Shown piece by piece: positions 35,495 through 45,046 of a DNA stretch of 64,000 nt (its first letter is position 1; every line of letters starts with the position of its first letter). Origin of the DNA: Dehalococcoidia bacterium. Lineage in GTDB: Bacteria > Chloroflexota > Dehalococcoidia > Lucifugimonadales > UBA1127. The translations under genes were made by a program, and so were the position numbers. The notes beneath the pieces are model-generated. The model did not search any database. It had not been told where the DNA came from and worked only from the letters and a program-made list of their open reading frames with translations. Where the stretch lies: contig JAPYRQ010000002.1 in assembly GCA_029936935.1 (NCBI GenBank), positions 226 to 64,225 on the forward strand, in the 5' to 3' direction.

Positions 35495-38086
35495 ATGATT
35501 CCGCGACAGCTCCGTCTCTACAATTTCATGAGCTATCAAGGCGAGACCGAATTGAACTTGAGCGGCATCCACGTAGCATGCCTCTCCGGCGACAACGGTA
35601 ACGGCAAGTCCGCTTTGCTGGATGCTATGACCTGGGCGCTTTGGGGTTTTGCCCGTGGCAAGCGGTACGGACAGGGCGGCGTCTCTCCTGACGAATTGGT
35701 GTATCAGGGACAGACGGAGATGGAGATAACCCTGGATTTTGAGGCCAGTGGCACCGACTATCGCGTCACCAGAAAGTACTCCAAGAATGCCAAGAGTCGG
35801 AGCGCTGCTACGATACTCGACCTCCAGGCCAACACCGGGGAGGGCTACCGTTCACTGACGGTGGGGTCCGTAGGCGATTCCGAGCGACAACTCCAACACC
35901 TTCTTCGCATGGACTATGAGACCTTTGTGAACAGCGCGTTCCTCCTTCAAGGGCAGGCCGACCGATTCACCACCAGCAAACCCGCTGAACGCAAGGAGAC
36001 TCTTGCCGGCATCCTTGGACTGTCTCTGTATGAGCGGCTTGAAGAGCGCGCCAAGGAGCATGTTAAGGAGCAGGAGTCACTGCTTGCCAGGAATGTAATT
36101 GACAAGGAATCCGTGGAACGTGATCTGGCGAGGCGACCTGAGATAGAAGAATCTCTGGCGATTGCCGAGAAGTCGCTCGAAGAAGTCACCCCACAACTCG
36201 CCACCACCAAGTCAGAAGAAGATGCCCTTCGAGGTCGTGTGGATGCCCTGCAGCGCATACAGAAGGAGGCCCAGGAGCTTCGTGACGCAACGACTCGTGG
36301 CGAGTCGGAGGCCAAGCAGCATGAAGCTCAGGCAGAGACCGTAAAAGGGCGTATCAATGGGTATCGCGACCTCTTGTTGAGGCGTGATGAGATTGCAGAG
36401 GGCGTCAAGAAGCTTGGGGAAGAGCGTGAGCGGTTGAGCGTTTTCGATGATAGCCAGGCGCGCGATGCAGAACTGGGCCAGCAGGCGTTAGGGCTTGAAC
36501 ACACCATCGCCCAGGCGCAGCAGCGACTTCAATCAGAGCATGATCGACTTGCAGACCGTGTCGTTCGAGAGTTGACGCCAAAGGCGGAACGGGTGGCCAC
36601 CGTGGAAGCGACGCTTGCTGAAATCACCAAGGAGTTGGCAGCGCTGGAGGGACAAGGTCTGGATGCGCAGCAGCAACGTGAGAAGCGCGATGAGACGGCT
36701 CGCCTGATTGAACGACTGGAAGCCGACAACGTTCGACTCCGCTCTGAGATGGGGGAGCTTCGCGGTCGAGTCGATCTGCTCGTCGAGGGTGAGGCCAACT
36801 GCCCTGTTTGCGGTACAGTATTGGGCGCGGACGGCCTGGAGCACCTGAAGAGGGAGCGAGAGGCCCAGGGCAAGGTGATGGGCGATAAGTTCCGGGAGAA
36901 TCAGGCCCAGGTGACGACTCTGACTCCGGAACGAACGAAGCTTGACGCGGCAGTGATTGAAGCCGAGCAGGTGCTTGCCAAGAAGCAACGAGACCTGGCT
37001 GCCAAGCAGGGTGCCCTTGGTCGAGAGGTGGAAGACGGTAAGGCTGCTGCAACGGAGCTGGCAGACCTGAACCCGAAGTTGGCCGCACTGGTTGCACAGC
37101 TTGAGGGAACAGAATTCGCAGCCGATGAGCGGAAGGCTCTTCAAGAGGTGAACACACAACGGGCGACTATCGGGTACGACGCAACTGCCCATCAGGAAGC
37201 GCGCACTGCAGCCCGGGCATTGGAGCCATTTGCAGAACTCGCACGCACCCTGAACGACGCACAGGAACGACTGCCCCAGGACGAGGTTGCTCTCACGGAG
37301 TTTGAAGCCCTGGCTGCGGCTAGACGGAAGGATGTTGCTACGGCATCGGAGCGATTGGGCGTCATCGATGGTGAGTTGGAGGGTATGCCAGCTCTCCAGG
37401 GTGCATTGGGATCCAAATCGCAGGAGCGACAAACCCTCGAAACACAGAGCGTGGAGTTGGGCGGAGCAATTCGACACCACACGCTTCAGCTAGAAGAATT
37501 GACCGCTAGAGCAGCCGAAATGGCCAAACTTGCGGAGGGTAGTGGCGATATAGAGGCTGCCAAGACTTCTTACAGCGTGTTGGTGGACGCCTTTGGGAAG
37601 CGAGGCATCCAGGCGTTGTTGATTGAAGCTGCTTTGCCGGAACTTGAAGCCCAGGCCAACGACCTGCTGGCGCGACTGACCGACCACCGGATGACACTGT
37701 CCCTGGAGACCCAGCGACAGAACCGCAAGGGCGATGTTTCAGAGACGCTGGAGATACGCATCGCCGACGAGTTGGGCACACGCAGCTACGAGCTTTTCAG
37801 TGGCGGCGAAGCCTTCCGCATCAACTTCGCGCTGCGCGTTGCGTTGGCCAAGCTCCTAGCGTCACGCTCGGGCGCACCCCTGCGAACACTGTTCCTCGAC
37901 GAAGGTTTCGGTACGCAGGACCCTAATGGCCGGGAGCGTCTCGTTGAGGCTATTCAGACAATTCAAGACGAGTTCGACCTCATCCTGGTGGTCACACACA
38001 TCGAAGAGTTGAAAGAAGCGTTTCCAGTTCGCATCGATGTCACCAAGACGGAGATGGGTTCATCCCTGGAAGTGGTGTGGGTATAG
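35495..38086 (+). CDS. sbcC: SbcC/Rad50-like SMC-family ATPase
   Basis: Walker A GDNGNGKSALLDA, a long coiled coil with a central CPVCG zinc hook, a signature region (SGGEAFRINFALRVAL), Walker B LFLDEGFGTQD and H-loop VVTHIEEL. Start trimmed to MIPRQLRLYNFMSY (35495). No sbcD/mre11 gene is adjacent. Confidence 0.8.
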   Translation: MIPRQLRLYNFMSYQGETELNLSGIHVACLSGDNGNGKSALLDAMTWALWGFARGKRYGQGGVSPDELVYQGQTEMEITLDFEASGTDYRVTRKYSKNAKSRSAATILDLQANTGEGYRSLTVGSVGDSERQLQHLLRMDYETFVNSAFLLQGQADRFTTSKPAERKETLAGILGLSLYERLEERAKEHVKEQESLLARNVIDKESVERDLARRPEIEESLAIAEKSLEEVTPQLATTKSEEDALRGRVDALQRIQKEAQELRDATTRGESEAKQHEAQAETVKGRINGYRDLLLRRDEIAEGVKKLGEERERLSVFDDSQARDAELGQQALGLEHTIAQAQQRLQSEHDRLADRVVRELTPKAERVATVEATLAEITKELAALEGQGLDAQQQREKRDETARLIERLEADNVRLRSEMGELRGRVDLLVEGEANCPVCGTVLGADGLEHLKREREAQGKVMGDKFRENQAQVTTLTPERTKLDAAVIEAEQVLAKKQRDLAAKQGALGREVEDGKAAATELADLNPKLAALVAQLEGTEFAADERKALQEVNTQRATIGYDATAHQEARTAARALEPFAELARTLNDAQERLPQDEVALTEFEALAAARRKDVATASERLGVIDGELEGMPALQGALGSKSQERQTLETQSVELGGAIRHHTLQLEELTARAAEMAKLAEGSGDIEAAKTSYSVLVDAFGKRGIQALLIEAALPELEAQANDLLARLTDHRMTLSLETQRQNRKGDVSETLEIRIADELGTRSYELFSGGEAFRINFALRVALAKLLASRSGAPLRTLFLDEGFGTQDPNGRERLVEAIQTIQDEFDLILVVTHIEELKEAFPVRIDVTKTEMGSSLEVVWV

Positions 38087-38148
38087 TGAGATGTATTGCG
38101 TGGGGAGATATTGAGGTAAGCCTCTTCCTTGGGTAACTGCAGGCACAA

Positions 38149-38170
38149 GGTCAAGGGCGCGCCCTTGACC
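38149..38170. repeat. 22-nt perfect palindrome GGTCAAGGGCG|CGCCCTTGACC
   Basis: Read directly from the sequence. It lies 63 nt after the sbcC stop and 40 nt before tRNA-Gln. It may be a terminator stem or a protein-binding dyad. No U-tract follows. Confidence 0.5.
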
Positions 38171-38209
38171 CGTAGCAATGCCAAACGCTACACTGGATTC
38201 ACCCAGCAA

Positions 38210-38283
38210 TGCCCGATAGTGCAGCGGTAGCACACGTGCCTCTGGAGCATGGGACCCTGGTTCGAATCCAGGTCGGGCAGCCA
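38210..38283 (+). tRNA. tRNA-Gln (anticodon CUG)
   Basis: Cloverleaf: acceptor TGCCCGA/TCGGGCA (U1-A72), D arm GTGC/GCAC, anticodon stem CGTGC/GCATG with loop CT-CTG-GA, and T arm CCTGG-TTCGAAT-CCAGG. Discriminator G and CCA are encoded. Confidence 0.9.
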
Positions 38284-38341
38284 CTTCCAACGTTAAACAC
38301 AAAGTCCAAACTATGGAGATAAAACAGGGGAGGGTTCAATC

Positions 38342-38782
38342 ATGGCGGTAGTACGAGAAGCGAGTGTAACCTGGAACGGGGATCTGATTGGCGGGAGCGG
38401 CACCATCAACCAAGTGACCAGCAAAGCCATCAGTGGTCAGCCAGTCACCTGGGCAGCACGCACGGCGGCGCCGGAGGGCAAGACCAGCCCGGAGGAGTTG
38501 ATGGCAGCAGCCCACGCAAGCTGCTATGCAATGGCGTTTTCCTTTGGATTGGGCAATGCAGGCACGCCACCCCAGAAGCTAGAAGTGAGCGCCACGGTCA
38601 CTTTTGACAAGGTTAGTGACGGCTTCAAAGTCGTTTCGAGCGCCCTGAAGGTCAGCGGCCGGGTGGCAGGCATTGATGCAGCAGCATTCAAGGAAGCGGC
38701 TGAAGCTGCCAAGGACGGTTGCCCCATCTCCCAGGCGCTGAAGGGCAATGTTGAGCTTAGCGTTGAAGCGACCCTCGAGTAG
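38342..38782 (+). CDS. osmC: OsmC-family peroxiredoxin
   Basis: 146 aa. VTWNGDLIGGSGTI..., and paired Cys in AAHASCYAMAF and KDGCPISQAL, as in OsmC/Ohr proteins. Confidence 0.85.
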   Translation: MAVVREASVTWNGDLIGGSGTINQVTSKAISGQPVTWAARTAAPEGKTSPEELMAAAHASCYAMAFSFGLGNAGTPPQKLEVSATVTFDKVSDGFKVVSSALKVSGRVAGIDAAAFKEAAEAAKDGCPISQALKGNVELSVEATLE

Positions 38783-38817
38783 AGTCGTCCCCTGCGCAGG
38801 ATGAGAGAGGCGCGGAA

Positions 38818-39393
38818 ATGACGCAGTCACAGGAGATACGGTGCTTCGGCGGGCCGGACGACCCGTTGATGATGGCCTATCACGATGACGAATGGGGAAC
38901 GCCTCTTCACGATGAGCGGGCGTTCTTTGAGTTCCTGTGCCTTGAAGGTGCACAGGCCGGCCTCTCGTGGCGGACCATCCTGCACAAGCGTGAGCGCTAT
39001 CGGCAGGTCTTCGATGACTTCGATGCCGAGAAAGTCGCTGCCTACACAGAAGCGGATAGGCAGCGACTCCTTGCGGATGCGGGAATCGTGCGTAACAAAC
39101 TGAAGGTGAACTCATTCATCGTCAACGCGCAACTTTTCCTCGATGTGCAAAAAGAATTTGGCACCTTTGACTCCTACATCTGGGGGTTCACCGGCCACAA
39201 GACGCAACGTCGCACTGGCGAACTCACGATGGAGAACACGCCGGTCAGCACCCCGGAGTCCGATGCGATGACAAAAGACCTCAAGAAGCGAGGGTTCAAG
39301 TTCGTCGGCACAACCATCTGCTACGCGTTTATGCAGGCCACAGGCATGGTCAACGACCACATATCGTCTTGCATCAAAGCGCCTAACGTGTAA
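38818..39393 (+). CDS. tag: DNA-3-methyladenine glycosylase I
   Basis: 191 aa. YHDDEWGTPLHDERAFFEFLCLEGAQAGLSW and the C-terminal Cys/His zinc-site residues are typical of Tag. Confidence 0.9.
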   Translation: MTQSQEIRCFGGPDDPLMMAYHDDEWGTPLHDERAFFEFLCLEGAQAGLSWRTILHKRERYRQVFDDFDAEKVAAYTEADRQRLLADAGIVRNKLKVNSFIVNAQLFLDVQKEFGTFDSYIWGFTGHKTQRRTGELTMENTPVSTPESDAMTKDLKKRGFKFVGTTICYAFMQATGMVNDHISSCIKAPNV

Positions 39394-39447
39394 TATTCAC
39401 TTGGCTTGAAACAACACAAATTCGTTGGATATAAAAAGGAAAAGACA

Positions 39448-39750
39448 ATGCTTCATATGGCAGTAGTGACTCACGGTCCGGATACTTGTCCGATAAACAA
39501 TCGTGAGGCGATGGCCGAGGTAATGGCCACATTAGGGCGAATGGGTGAGGCCGCAGGCAAGTTGGGCATCACCGTTCAGGGTAGTTGGACCAACATGCCC
39601 GCTCACGCACTCTGGTTCGTTCTTGATGCCCCTAACGGCCACGTGGTGAACCAACTGATGATCGAGCTGAAGCTGCAGGAGTGGAACACGATTGTGGTGC
39701 ATCCTATTGCCACAATAGGGGACGCGGTGGAACAGATAAAGGCCAGGTAG
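39448..39750 (+). CDS. Hypothetical small protein
   Basis: MLHMAVVTHGPDTCPINNREAMAEV... About 100 aa. Start chosen at ATG 39448, after an A/G-rich stretch. No family recognised. Confidence 0.5.
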   Translation: MLHMAVVTHGPDTCPINNREAMAEVMATLGRMGEAAGKLGITVQGSWTNMPAHALWFVLDAPNGHVVNQLMIELKLQEWNTIVVHPIATIGDAVEQIKAR

Positions 39751-39760
39751 TCGTCGTCTG

Positions 39761-40789
39761 CTAGTTGGTCGCTTTGGAGGTTAACGATTCCAGATTGCAG
39801 TGCGCTTCCAGAAGCTCAGCAAAATATTGGGCTTTGTGAGCGCTGCGAACGGAACCTCTATCACCGATGCTGTGCAACTTTTCCATGGTCTCCAACGTTG
39901 GAGCGGGGGTTGCCAGCATCGGTGTTTGTCTGAGTCCCGCATGGTGGGCGATGTACTGCACGGGGGTCTTGCCGTTCGTGAGGATGAGGCACGCGGTGGA
40001 TGTGTCCAGCGCGGCCATCTGTAGGTCAGGTCGGTCACCCCGCACAATCACCGCTTTGTTCTCTCTGCGTCCGAACACATAGGCACCCTGATCCAGGAAC
40101 AACCCTCCCAGCATGAAATGCTCCACCAACTCACCCATCTGCCCTTCAGGCGACATCAATGCTGCGGCGTTGATTAACTCCGCCCCAAGATGCTCGGCGA
40201 TCTCACCCACGGTCAGTGCAAGCATCCTTCTTGTCTCTGGAATGACTCCTAACACGGCGATGCCCTGCTGCTCGAACGACGCTGTGAGAGTCGTTGCTGC
40301 TTGGTGCATGGCGTGGTCAGGCACGCTGTTGATAATGGACCCAATGAGTCGACCATCGAATGCTTGAGCAGCTTCTACAGGAGGTGCGGAAGTGCCGTTG
40401 CTGACAAGAATCACCGTGGCGTCCAACACTTTGGCGAAGGCGCCGTCAATACGAATCCGGTCGGTATCAGCAATATCACCGCTTACACCATCAACAATGG
40501 TGATGCCTTGAGGCAGATTCGCCTCTTTTAGCTTTGCCAGGACCTCATCCAATGTCGATGCATCAGGAACGTGGTCAACGGAAGTAGGCCATCCGGAGGG
40601 TGCGGCATTTTGGGGGAAGAGTGACTGGTGAAAGGCTGCATCAGCATCGGGTGGGGCCGATAAACCAACACGTAGTGCCTTGGCCAAGGTGACCTCTGAA
40701 CTCTTTCCCTCCAGCAGCGTGGCTAAGCCCGACGCCACCGCTGTTGTTCCTGCACCTGAGCTGGCTCCGGCTATGTAGATGGTTGGCAC
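39761..40789 (-). CDS. Phosphotransacetylase-N-terminal-like protein (CobQ/BioD-like P-loop domain plus DRTGG-type domain)
   Basis: 342 aa. MPTIYIAGASSGAGTTAVASGLATLL P-loop-like N-terminus and a C-terminal VIVRGDRPDLQMAALDTSTACLILTNG, which resembles the DRTGG domain. Confidence 0.6.
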   Translation of the reverse strand: MPTIYIAGASSGAGTTAVASGLATLLEGKSSEVTLAKALRVGLSAPPDADAAFHQSLFPQNAAPSGWPTSVDHVPDASTLDEVLAKLKEANLPQGITIVDGVSGDIADTDRIRIDGAFAKVLDATVILVSNGTSAPPVEAAQAFDGRLIGSIINSVPDHAMHQAATTLTASFEQQGIAVLGVIPETRRMLALTVGEIAEHLGAELINAAALMSPEGQMGELVEHFMLGGLFLDQGAYVFGRRENKAVIVRGDRPDLQMAALDTSTACLILTNGKTPVQYIAHHAGLRQTPMLATPAPTLETMEKLHSIGDRGSVRSAHKAQYFAELLEAHCNLESLTSKATN

Positions 40790-40866
40790 GTAGCCTCCGT
40801 AGACACAATTCTGTGCCTAGTATAGAGAAAAACACGCATGCTGTTAAGCACATTCGAGTAATTGAA

Positions 40867-40898
40867 AAGGCCCGCCCCGATATTCCGGGGCGGGCCTT
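40867..40898 (-). terminator. Intrinsic terminator after rpoC
   Basis: Perfect 13-bp GC-rich stem AAGGCCCGCCCCG / CGGGGCGGGCCTT with a 6-nt loop. On the minus strand it runs into TTTTCAAT. Confidence 0.75.
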
Positions 40899-40918
40899 GA
40901 TTCCTAAAGAATGGGCTA

Positions 40919-43900
40919 CTAGCCTTCATCGGCCACGGTCGCGGACTCCACGGGGTCAAGGGCTAGAAGAGCAGAGATGTCCTCAAGCTCCCCTTCCAGG
41001 TCTTCCAGGGCTAGGGCCTTGGCTGCTGCTTTGGCCTCTTCCTCTTCCTGAGTGATGCCCAGTCGTTGCCTACCCTCTTCGGTCAAGTCCATGCGGGCTG
41101 GGATCAACCGCCCAATGATCACGTTCTCCTTCAGGCCGATCAGATGATCGACGGAGCCGGAGATGGCGGCCTCTGTGAGGACCCGTGTGGTCTCCTGGAA
41201 GGACGCTGCTGCCAGGAAGCTCTCTGTACTCAATGACGCCCTGGTGATACCCAGAAGCATCGGTGTTGCCCGAGCGGGTTCGCCGCCCTCGGCGATGACC
41301 CGGCGGTTGGCTTCGTCAAAGATGGTTCGGTCAACAGGCTCCCCTGGCAACAACTCAGTGTCACCCTGGTGATCCACCCGGACCTTTCGCATCATCTGAC
41401 GAATAACGATCTCAATATGCTTGTCGTGCATGCTCACACCCTGGAAGCGGTAAACCTTCTGTACCTCTTCGATGATGTAGTTGTGCACGGCCTCACGACC
41501 CTGGATTCGCAGGATGTCATGGGGGTTCTTCTGGCCTGCAATGAGTTCCTGCCCTGCAGTTACAGTGTCGCCAGTCTTTACGATGACGTGGGCGGTCAAC
41601 GGTGCAGGGTACGTCCGTTCTTCCTGCTCCTGCCATACCACGGATACCTTGCCTTTGGTGAGTTCAATCTTCCCTGGCATTCGGGCTACCATGGGAGGAA
41701 GTTCTTCCCCTTCGGCAACCTTTTTCCTTGTGGCCTTAGGCAAGGATAACGGAGAACCAGACTCCACCATGTCGCCGGTCTTAACGACGACTTTGTGAGT
41801 GTCTTCTATTGGATATTCTTCACGATATTCCTCTGAGCTGACCACACGGATATGCTTGCCGTCCGTTGTGTCGGTGACGTCCACTTCGCCGTCGATCTCA
41901 GAGAGGATTGTCGTGTTCTTTGGGATTCGAGCTTCAAATAGTTCTTCCACTCTGGGAATACCGCTGGTGATGTCTACTCCTGCGATACCACCTGTGTGGA
42001 ACGTACGCATGGTGAGCTGTGTGCCAGGCTCCCCGATGCTCTGGGCTGCGATGATGCCGGCTGCGTCTCCAAGGTTCACCATGCGACCGGTGGCTGGCAT
42101 GATGCCATAGCACATGCGGCACATGCCTCGCGCTGCCTCGCATGACAGCGGGGACCGCACGTAGACCTCTGTCACTCCAGCTGCAAAGAGGCTCTTAGCC
42201 AGTTCTGACGTTAGAACGGTGTCTCGGTCAGCCAGAACCTCACCGGTGGATGCGTCAACAACAGGAGAACAAACGACTCGCCCCACCAGCCTATCGGAGA
42301 ATGCGGCAATGGAGTTGCTTCGCTCCTTTTCGGCTACATGGCGGACCCATATGCCCGAGATTGATTCACAGTCCTCTTCAAGAACAATGACATCCTGCGC
42401 CACATCGATCATTCGACGGGTCAGGTAGCCGCTATCGGCTGTCCGCAACGCGGTGTCAGCCAGACCCTTCCGTGCTCCGTGGGTGGAGATGAAATACTCA
42501 AGGACGCTGAGGCCCTCTCTGAAACTGGACTTCACGGGAAGGGGAATCAGGAATCCTTTAGGGTCAGACATAAGGCCGCGCATGCCGGCCATCTGCTTAA
42601 TCTGACTGATGTTACCTTTTGTACCTGAGACAGCCATGATGTAAATGCCACCATAAGAGGGCAAAGCCTCTTCAATGAGTTTGGTCACGCTGTCACTAGC
42701 ATCTGTCCAGATACGAATAATCTGGGTGTAACGCTCATCCTCAGTGATAAGGCCTCGCTGATATTGCTCTTCAAGCTGTTGGATCTGTAGTTCAGAACCG
42801 GCCAGGACTTTAGCCTTGCCTTCCGGTACTTCCAGGTCAGAGATGCTGATTGTGATCCCTGAGACAGTGGCGTAATGGAACCCGGCGCTCTTGATGGCGT
42901 CCAGCATGTCCGCAGTCTCTTCGTTGCCAATCATGTTGTAGGCGTGGGACACAAGATCTTTCAGCGTGCCCTTGTCCATGAGTTTGTTCCAGTTTCCAGT
43001 ATCTGCTGCTACTACTGATGGAAGCAGGTCCTGGAACTTCAGCCGCCCAACGGTGGTTGTCAGCCATGACGTCTCGTTGGTTTCGTCGGTTCGGAGTATC
43101 TCGATAGGCGCCTGGATGTTGACGAGCCCCGTGTCATGGGCCATCTGCGCTTCCTCTGAAGAGCTGAAGCGTTTTCCGGCACCCAGGGCATTGGGGTTTT
43201 CTAAGGTCATGTAGTAACAACCAAGGACGATGTCCAGGGTTGGTGCTACCACCGGCTCGCCGGAGGCAGGGGAGAGCATGTTGTAGATGCTCAACATGAC
43301 ATTTTTTGCTTCCTGTACTGCCCGTCGTGACAGGGGAACGTGGATAGCCATTTGGTCGCCGTCGAAGTCCGCGTTGAATGCGGAACAGACCAACGGATGC
43401 AACTGCGGTGCGCTACCCTCAATGAGTACCGGCATGAACGCCTGAATACCAAGCCTGTGCAGGGTTGGTGCCCTGTTCATGAGGACGGGGCGATCCTTAA
43501 TGACCTCTTCCAGGACGTCCCAGACTTCAGGTCGTACGCGCTCAACTGCACGTTTGGCGCTCTTGATGTTGTGTGCCAAGCCCTGTACTACCAGCTTGTG
43601 CATGACGAATGGTTTGAACAACTCCAGGGCCATCTTCTTGGGGAGGCCCATCTGGTATAGATGCAGGTTGGGGCCTACTACGATCACTGAACGGCCAGAG
43701 TAGTCCACGCGCTTGCCCAACAGGTTCTGACGGAACCGGCCTTGTTTGCCGCGAAGCAGGTCCGAAAGGGACTTGAGCTTGTGGTTGTGGCTCCCGGAGA
43801 TTGCTCGGCCACGACGTCCGTTATCGATGAGGGCGTCGACCGCTTCCTGGAGCATGCGCTTTTCATTTCGAATGATGATCTCCGGCGCTTCCAGCTCAAG

Positions 43901-44968
43901 CAGACGCTTGAGGCGGTTGTTCCGGTTGATCACCCGGCGATACAGGTCATTCAGGTCACTGGTGGCGAACCGTCCGCCGTCCAACTGAACCATCGGTCGC
44001 AAGTCAGGGGGAAGCACGGGCAGCGCCGATAGAACCATCCACTCAGGGAGGTTCGTGCTCTTGCGGAAGGCCTCAACCAAGCGAAGTCGCTTGACCGCCT
44101 TCTTCCTACGCTGGCCTGAAGTGGAGTGCATCTCCATTGCCAGGAACTCACGCTCGGCATCTAGGTCCAGGTTCTTCAGGATGTTCAGGATTGCCTCAGC
44201 ACCCATTCCGGACTTGAAGAGGTGGCCGTACTTGTCGGAGAGCTCCCGTTGTCGACCTTCTACCATCAGCTTCATCTGCTGAATCTCGTGGAGGTCATCC
44301 AACTGTGTTTGGAACGCTTCTTCCAGCATCGCCTCACGCTCGGCCAGCGATGCACCCGTTGCCGCAGCGGGCTCAGCTTCCTTTTCTTCGGAAGGCTCAG
44401 CTTCCGTGGATTCGGTATTGGAATCAGTGGGTTCAACGGCCTCAGCGGCTTCGGTTTCCTGAGCCTCGGCACGTTCGCGCAACATCCTGATGCCATCGTT
44501 GTGCTGGTCTTCTAGATCCTGGATGGCCTGGTCTCTGGCGGCCGTGTCTACTTCAGTGATGATGTACTGGGCAAAGTAGAGCACTCGTTCCAGGTTTCTG
44601 GGCGAGAGATCCAGCAGGAGGCCAAGGCGACTGGGTATGCCTTTGGAGAACCAGATGTGGGCAACCGGGGCAGCCAGTTCAATGTTCCCCATGCGTTCGC
44701 GGCGGACTTTGGCCCTGGTGACTTCTACACCGCATCGCTCGCACTTGATACCCTTGAACCGGATTTTCTTGTATTTACCGCAGGCGCACTCCCAGTCCTT
44801 GGTGGGACCAAAGATGCGTTCGCAGAAAAGGCCGTCGCGTTCTGGGCGTAATGTTCGATAGTTAATGGTCTCCGGCTTGGTGACCTCGCCGTATGACCAT
44901 GCCCGGATTTGCTCCGGCGACGCCAATGAGATCCGAATTGCGTTGAACTCCGCGCCGCTCTGTGCCAT
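40919..44968 (-). CDS. rpoC: DNA-directed RNA polymerase subunit beta'
   Basis: 1349 aa. Zinc-binding CECGKY-type region ([20 protein letters not shown]), the catalytic NADFDGD motif, and full-length beta' conservation. Confidence 0.97.
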   Translation of the reverse strand: MAQSGAEFNAIRISLASPEQIRAWSYGEVTKPETINYRTLRPERDGLFCERIFGPTKDWECACGKYKKIRFKGIKCERCGVEVTRAKVRRERMGNIELAAPVAHIWFSKGIPSRLGLLLDLSPRNLERVLYFAQYIITEVDTAARDQAIQDLEDQHNDGIRMLRERAEAQETEAAEAVEPTDSNTESTEAEPSEEKEAEPAAATGASLAEREAMLEEAFQTQLDDLHEIQQMKLMVEGRQRELSDKYGHLFKSGMGAEAILNILKNLDLDAEREFLAMEMHSTSGQRRKKAVKRLRLVEAFRKSTNLPEWMVLSALPVLPPDLRPMVQLDGGRFATSDLNDLYRRVINRNNRLKRLLELEAPEIIIRNEKRMLQEAVDALIDNGRRGRAISGSHNHKLKSLSDLLRGKQGRFRQNLLGKRVDYSGRSVIVVGPNLHLYQMGLPKKMALELFKPFVMHKLVVQGLAHNIKSAKRAVERVRPEVWDVLEEVIKDRPVLMNRAPTLHRLGIQAFMPVLIEGSAPQLHPLVCSAFNADFDGDQMAIHVPLSRRAVQEAKNVMLSIYNMLSPASGEPVVAPTLDIVLGCYYMTLENPNALGAGKRFSSSEEAQMAHDTGLVNIQAPIEILRTDETNETSWLTTTVGRLKFQDLLPSVVAADTGNWNKLMDKGTLKDLVSHAYNMIGNEETADMLDAIKSAGFHYATVSGITISISDLEVPEGKAKVLAGSELQIQQLEEQYQRGLITEDERYTQIIRIWTDASDSVTKLIEEALPSYGGIYIMAVSGTKGNISQIKQMAGMRGLMSDPKGFLIPLPVKSSFREGLSVLEYFISTHGARKGLADTALRTADSGYLTRRMIDVAQDVIVLEEDCESISGIWVRHVAEKERSNSIAAFSDRLVGRVVCSPVVDASTGEVLADRDTVLTSELAKSLFAAGVTEVYVRSPLSCEAARGMCRMCYGIMPATGRMVNLGDAAGIIAAQSIGEPGTQLTMRTFHTGGIAGVDITSGIPRVEELFEARIPKNTTILSEIDGEVDVTDTTDGKHIRVVSSEEYREEYPIEDTHKVVVKTGDMVESGSPLSLPKATRKKVAEGEELPPMVARMPGKIELTKGKVSVVWQEQEERTYPAPLTAHVIVKTGDTVTAGQELIAGQKNPHDILRIQGREAVHNYIIEEVQKVYRFQGVSMHDKHIEIVIRQMMRKVRVDHQGDTELLPGEPVDRTIFDEANRRVIAEGGEPARATPMLLGITRASLSTESFLAAASFQETTRVLTEAAISGSVDHLIGLKENVIIGRLIPARMDLTEEGRQRLGITQEEEEAKAAAKALALEDLEGELEDISALLALDPVESATVADEG

Positions 44969-45046
44969 CCGTTCACACTCCCTTCAAAATGCCAATCGAT
45001 TTATGCGTAATCGCTTGTGGCTTCCCTTCCCTTAAAGGAAGAGTGG

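Noticed and set aside
36533-37480. 315-aa minus-strand ORF (and 36529-36873, 36624-37157) inside sbcC.
   Set aside because: It is antisense to the coiled-coil region. The low-complexity Ser/Arg/Leu-rich translation is typical of the reverse frame of Glu/Ala/Leu-rich coding sequence. The sense frame is a complete Rad50-type ATPase.
33912-38283. tRNA-Pro and tRNA-Gln as boundaries of an integrated element.
   Set aside because: The interval contains only ffh and sbcC-like, which are core functions. There is no integrase, and I found no direct repeat of a tRNA 3' end.
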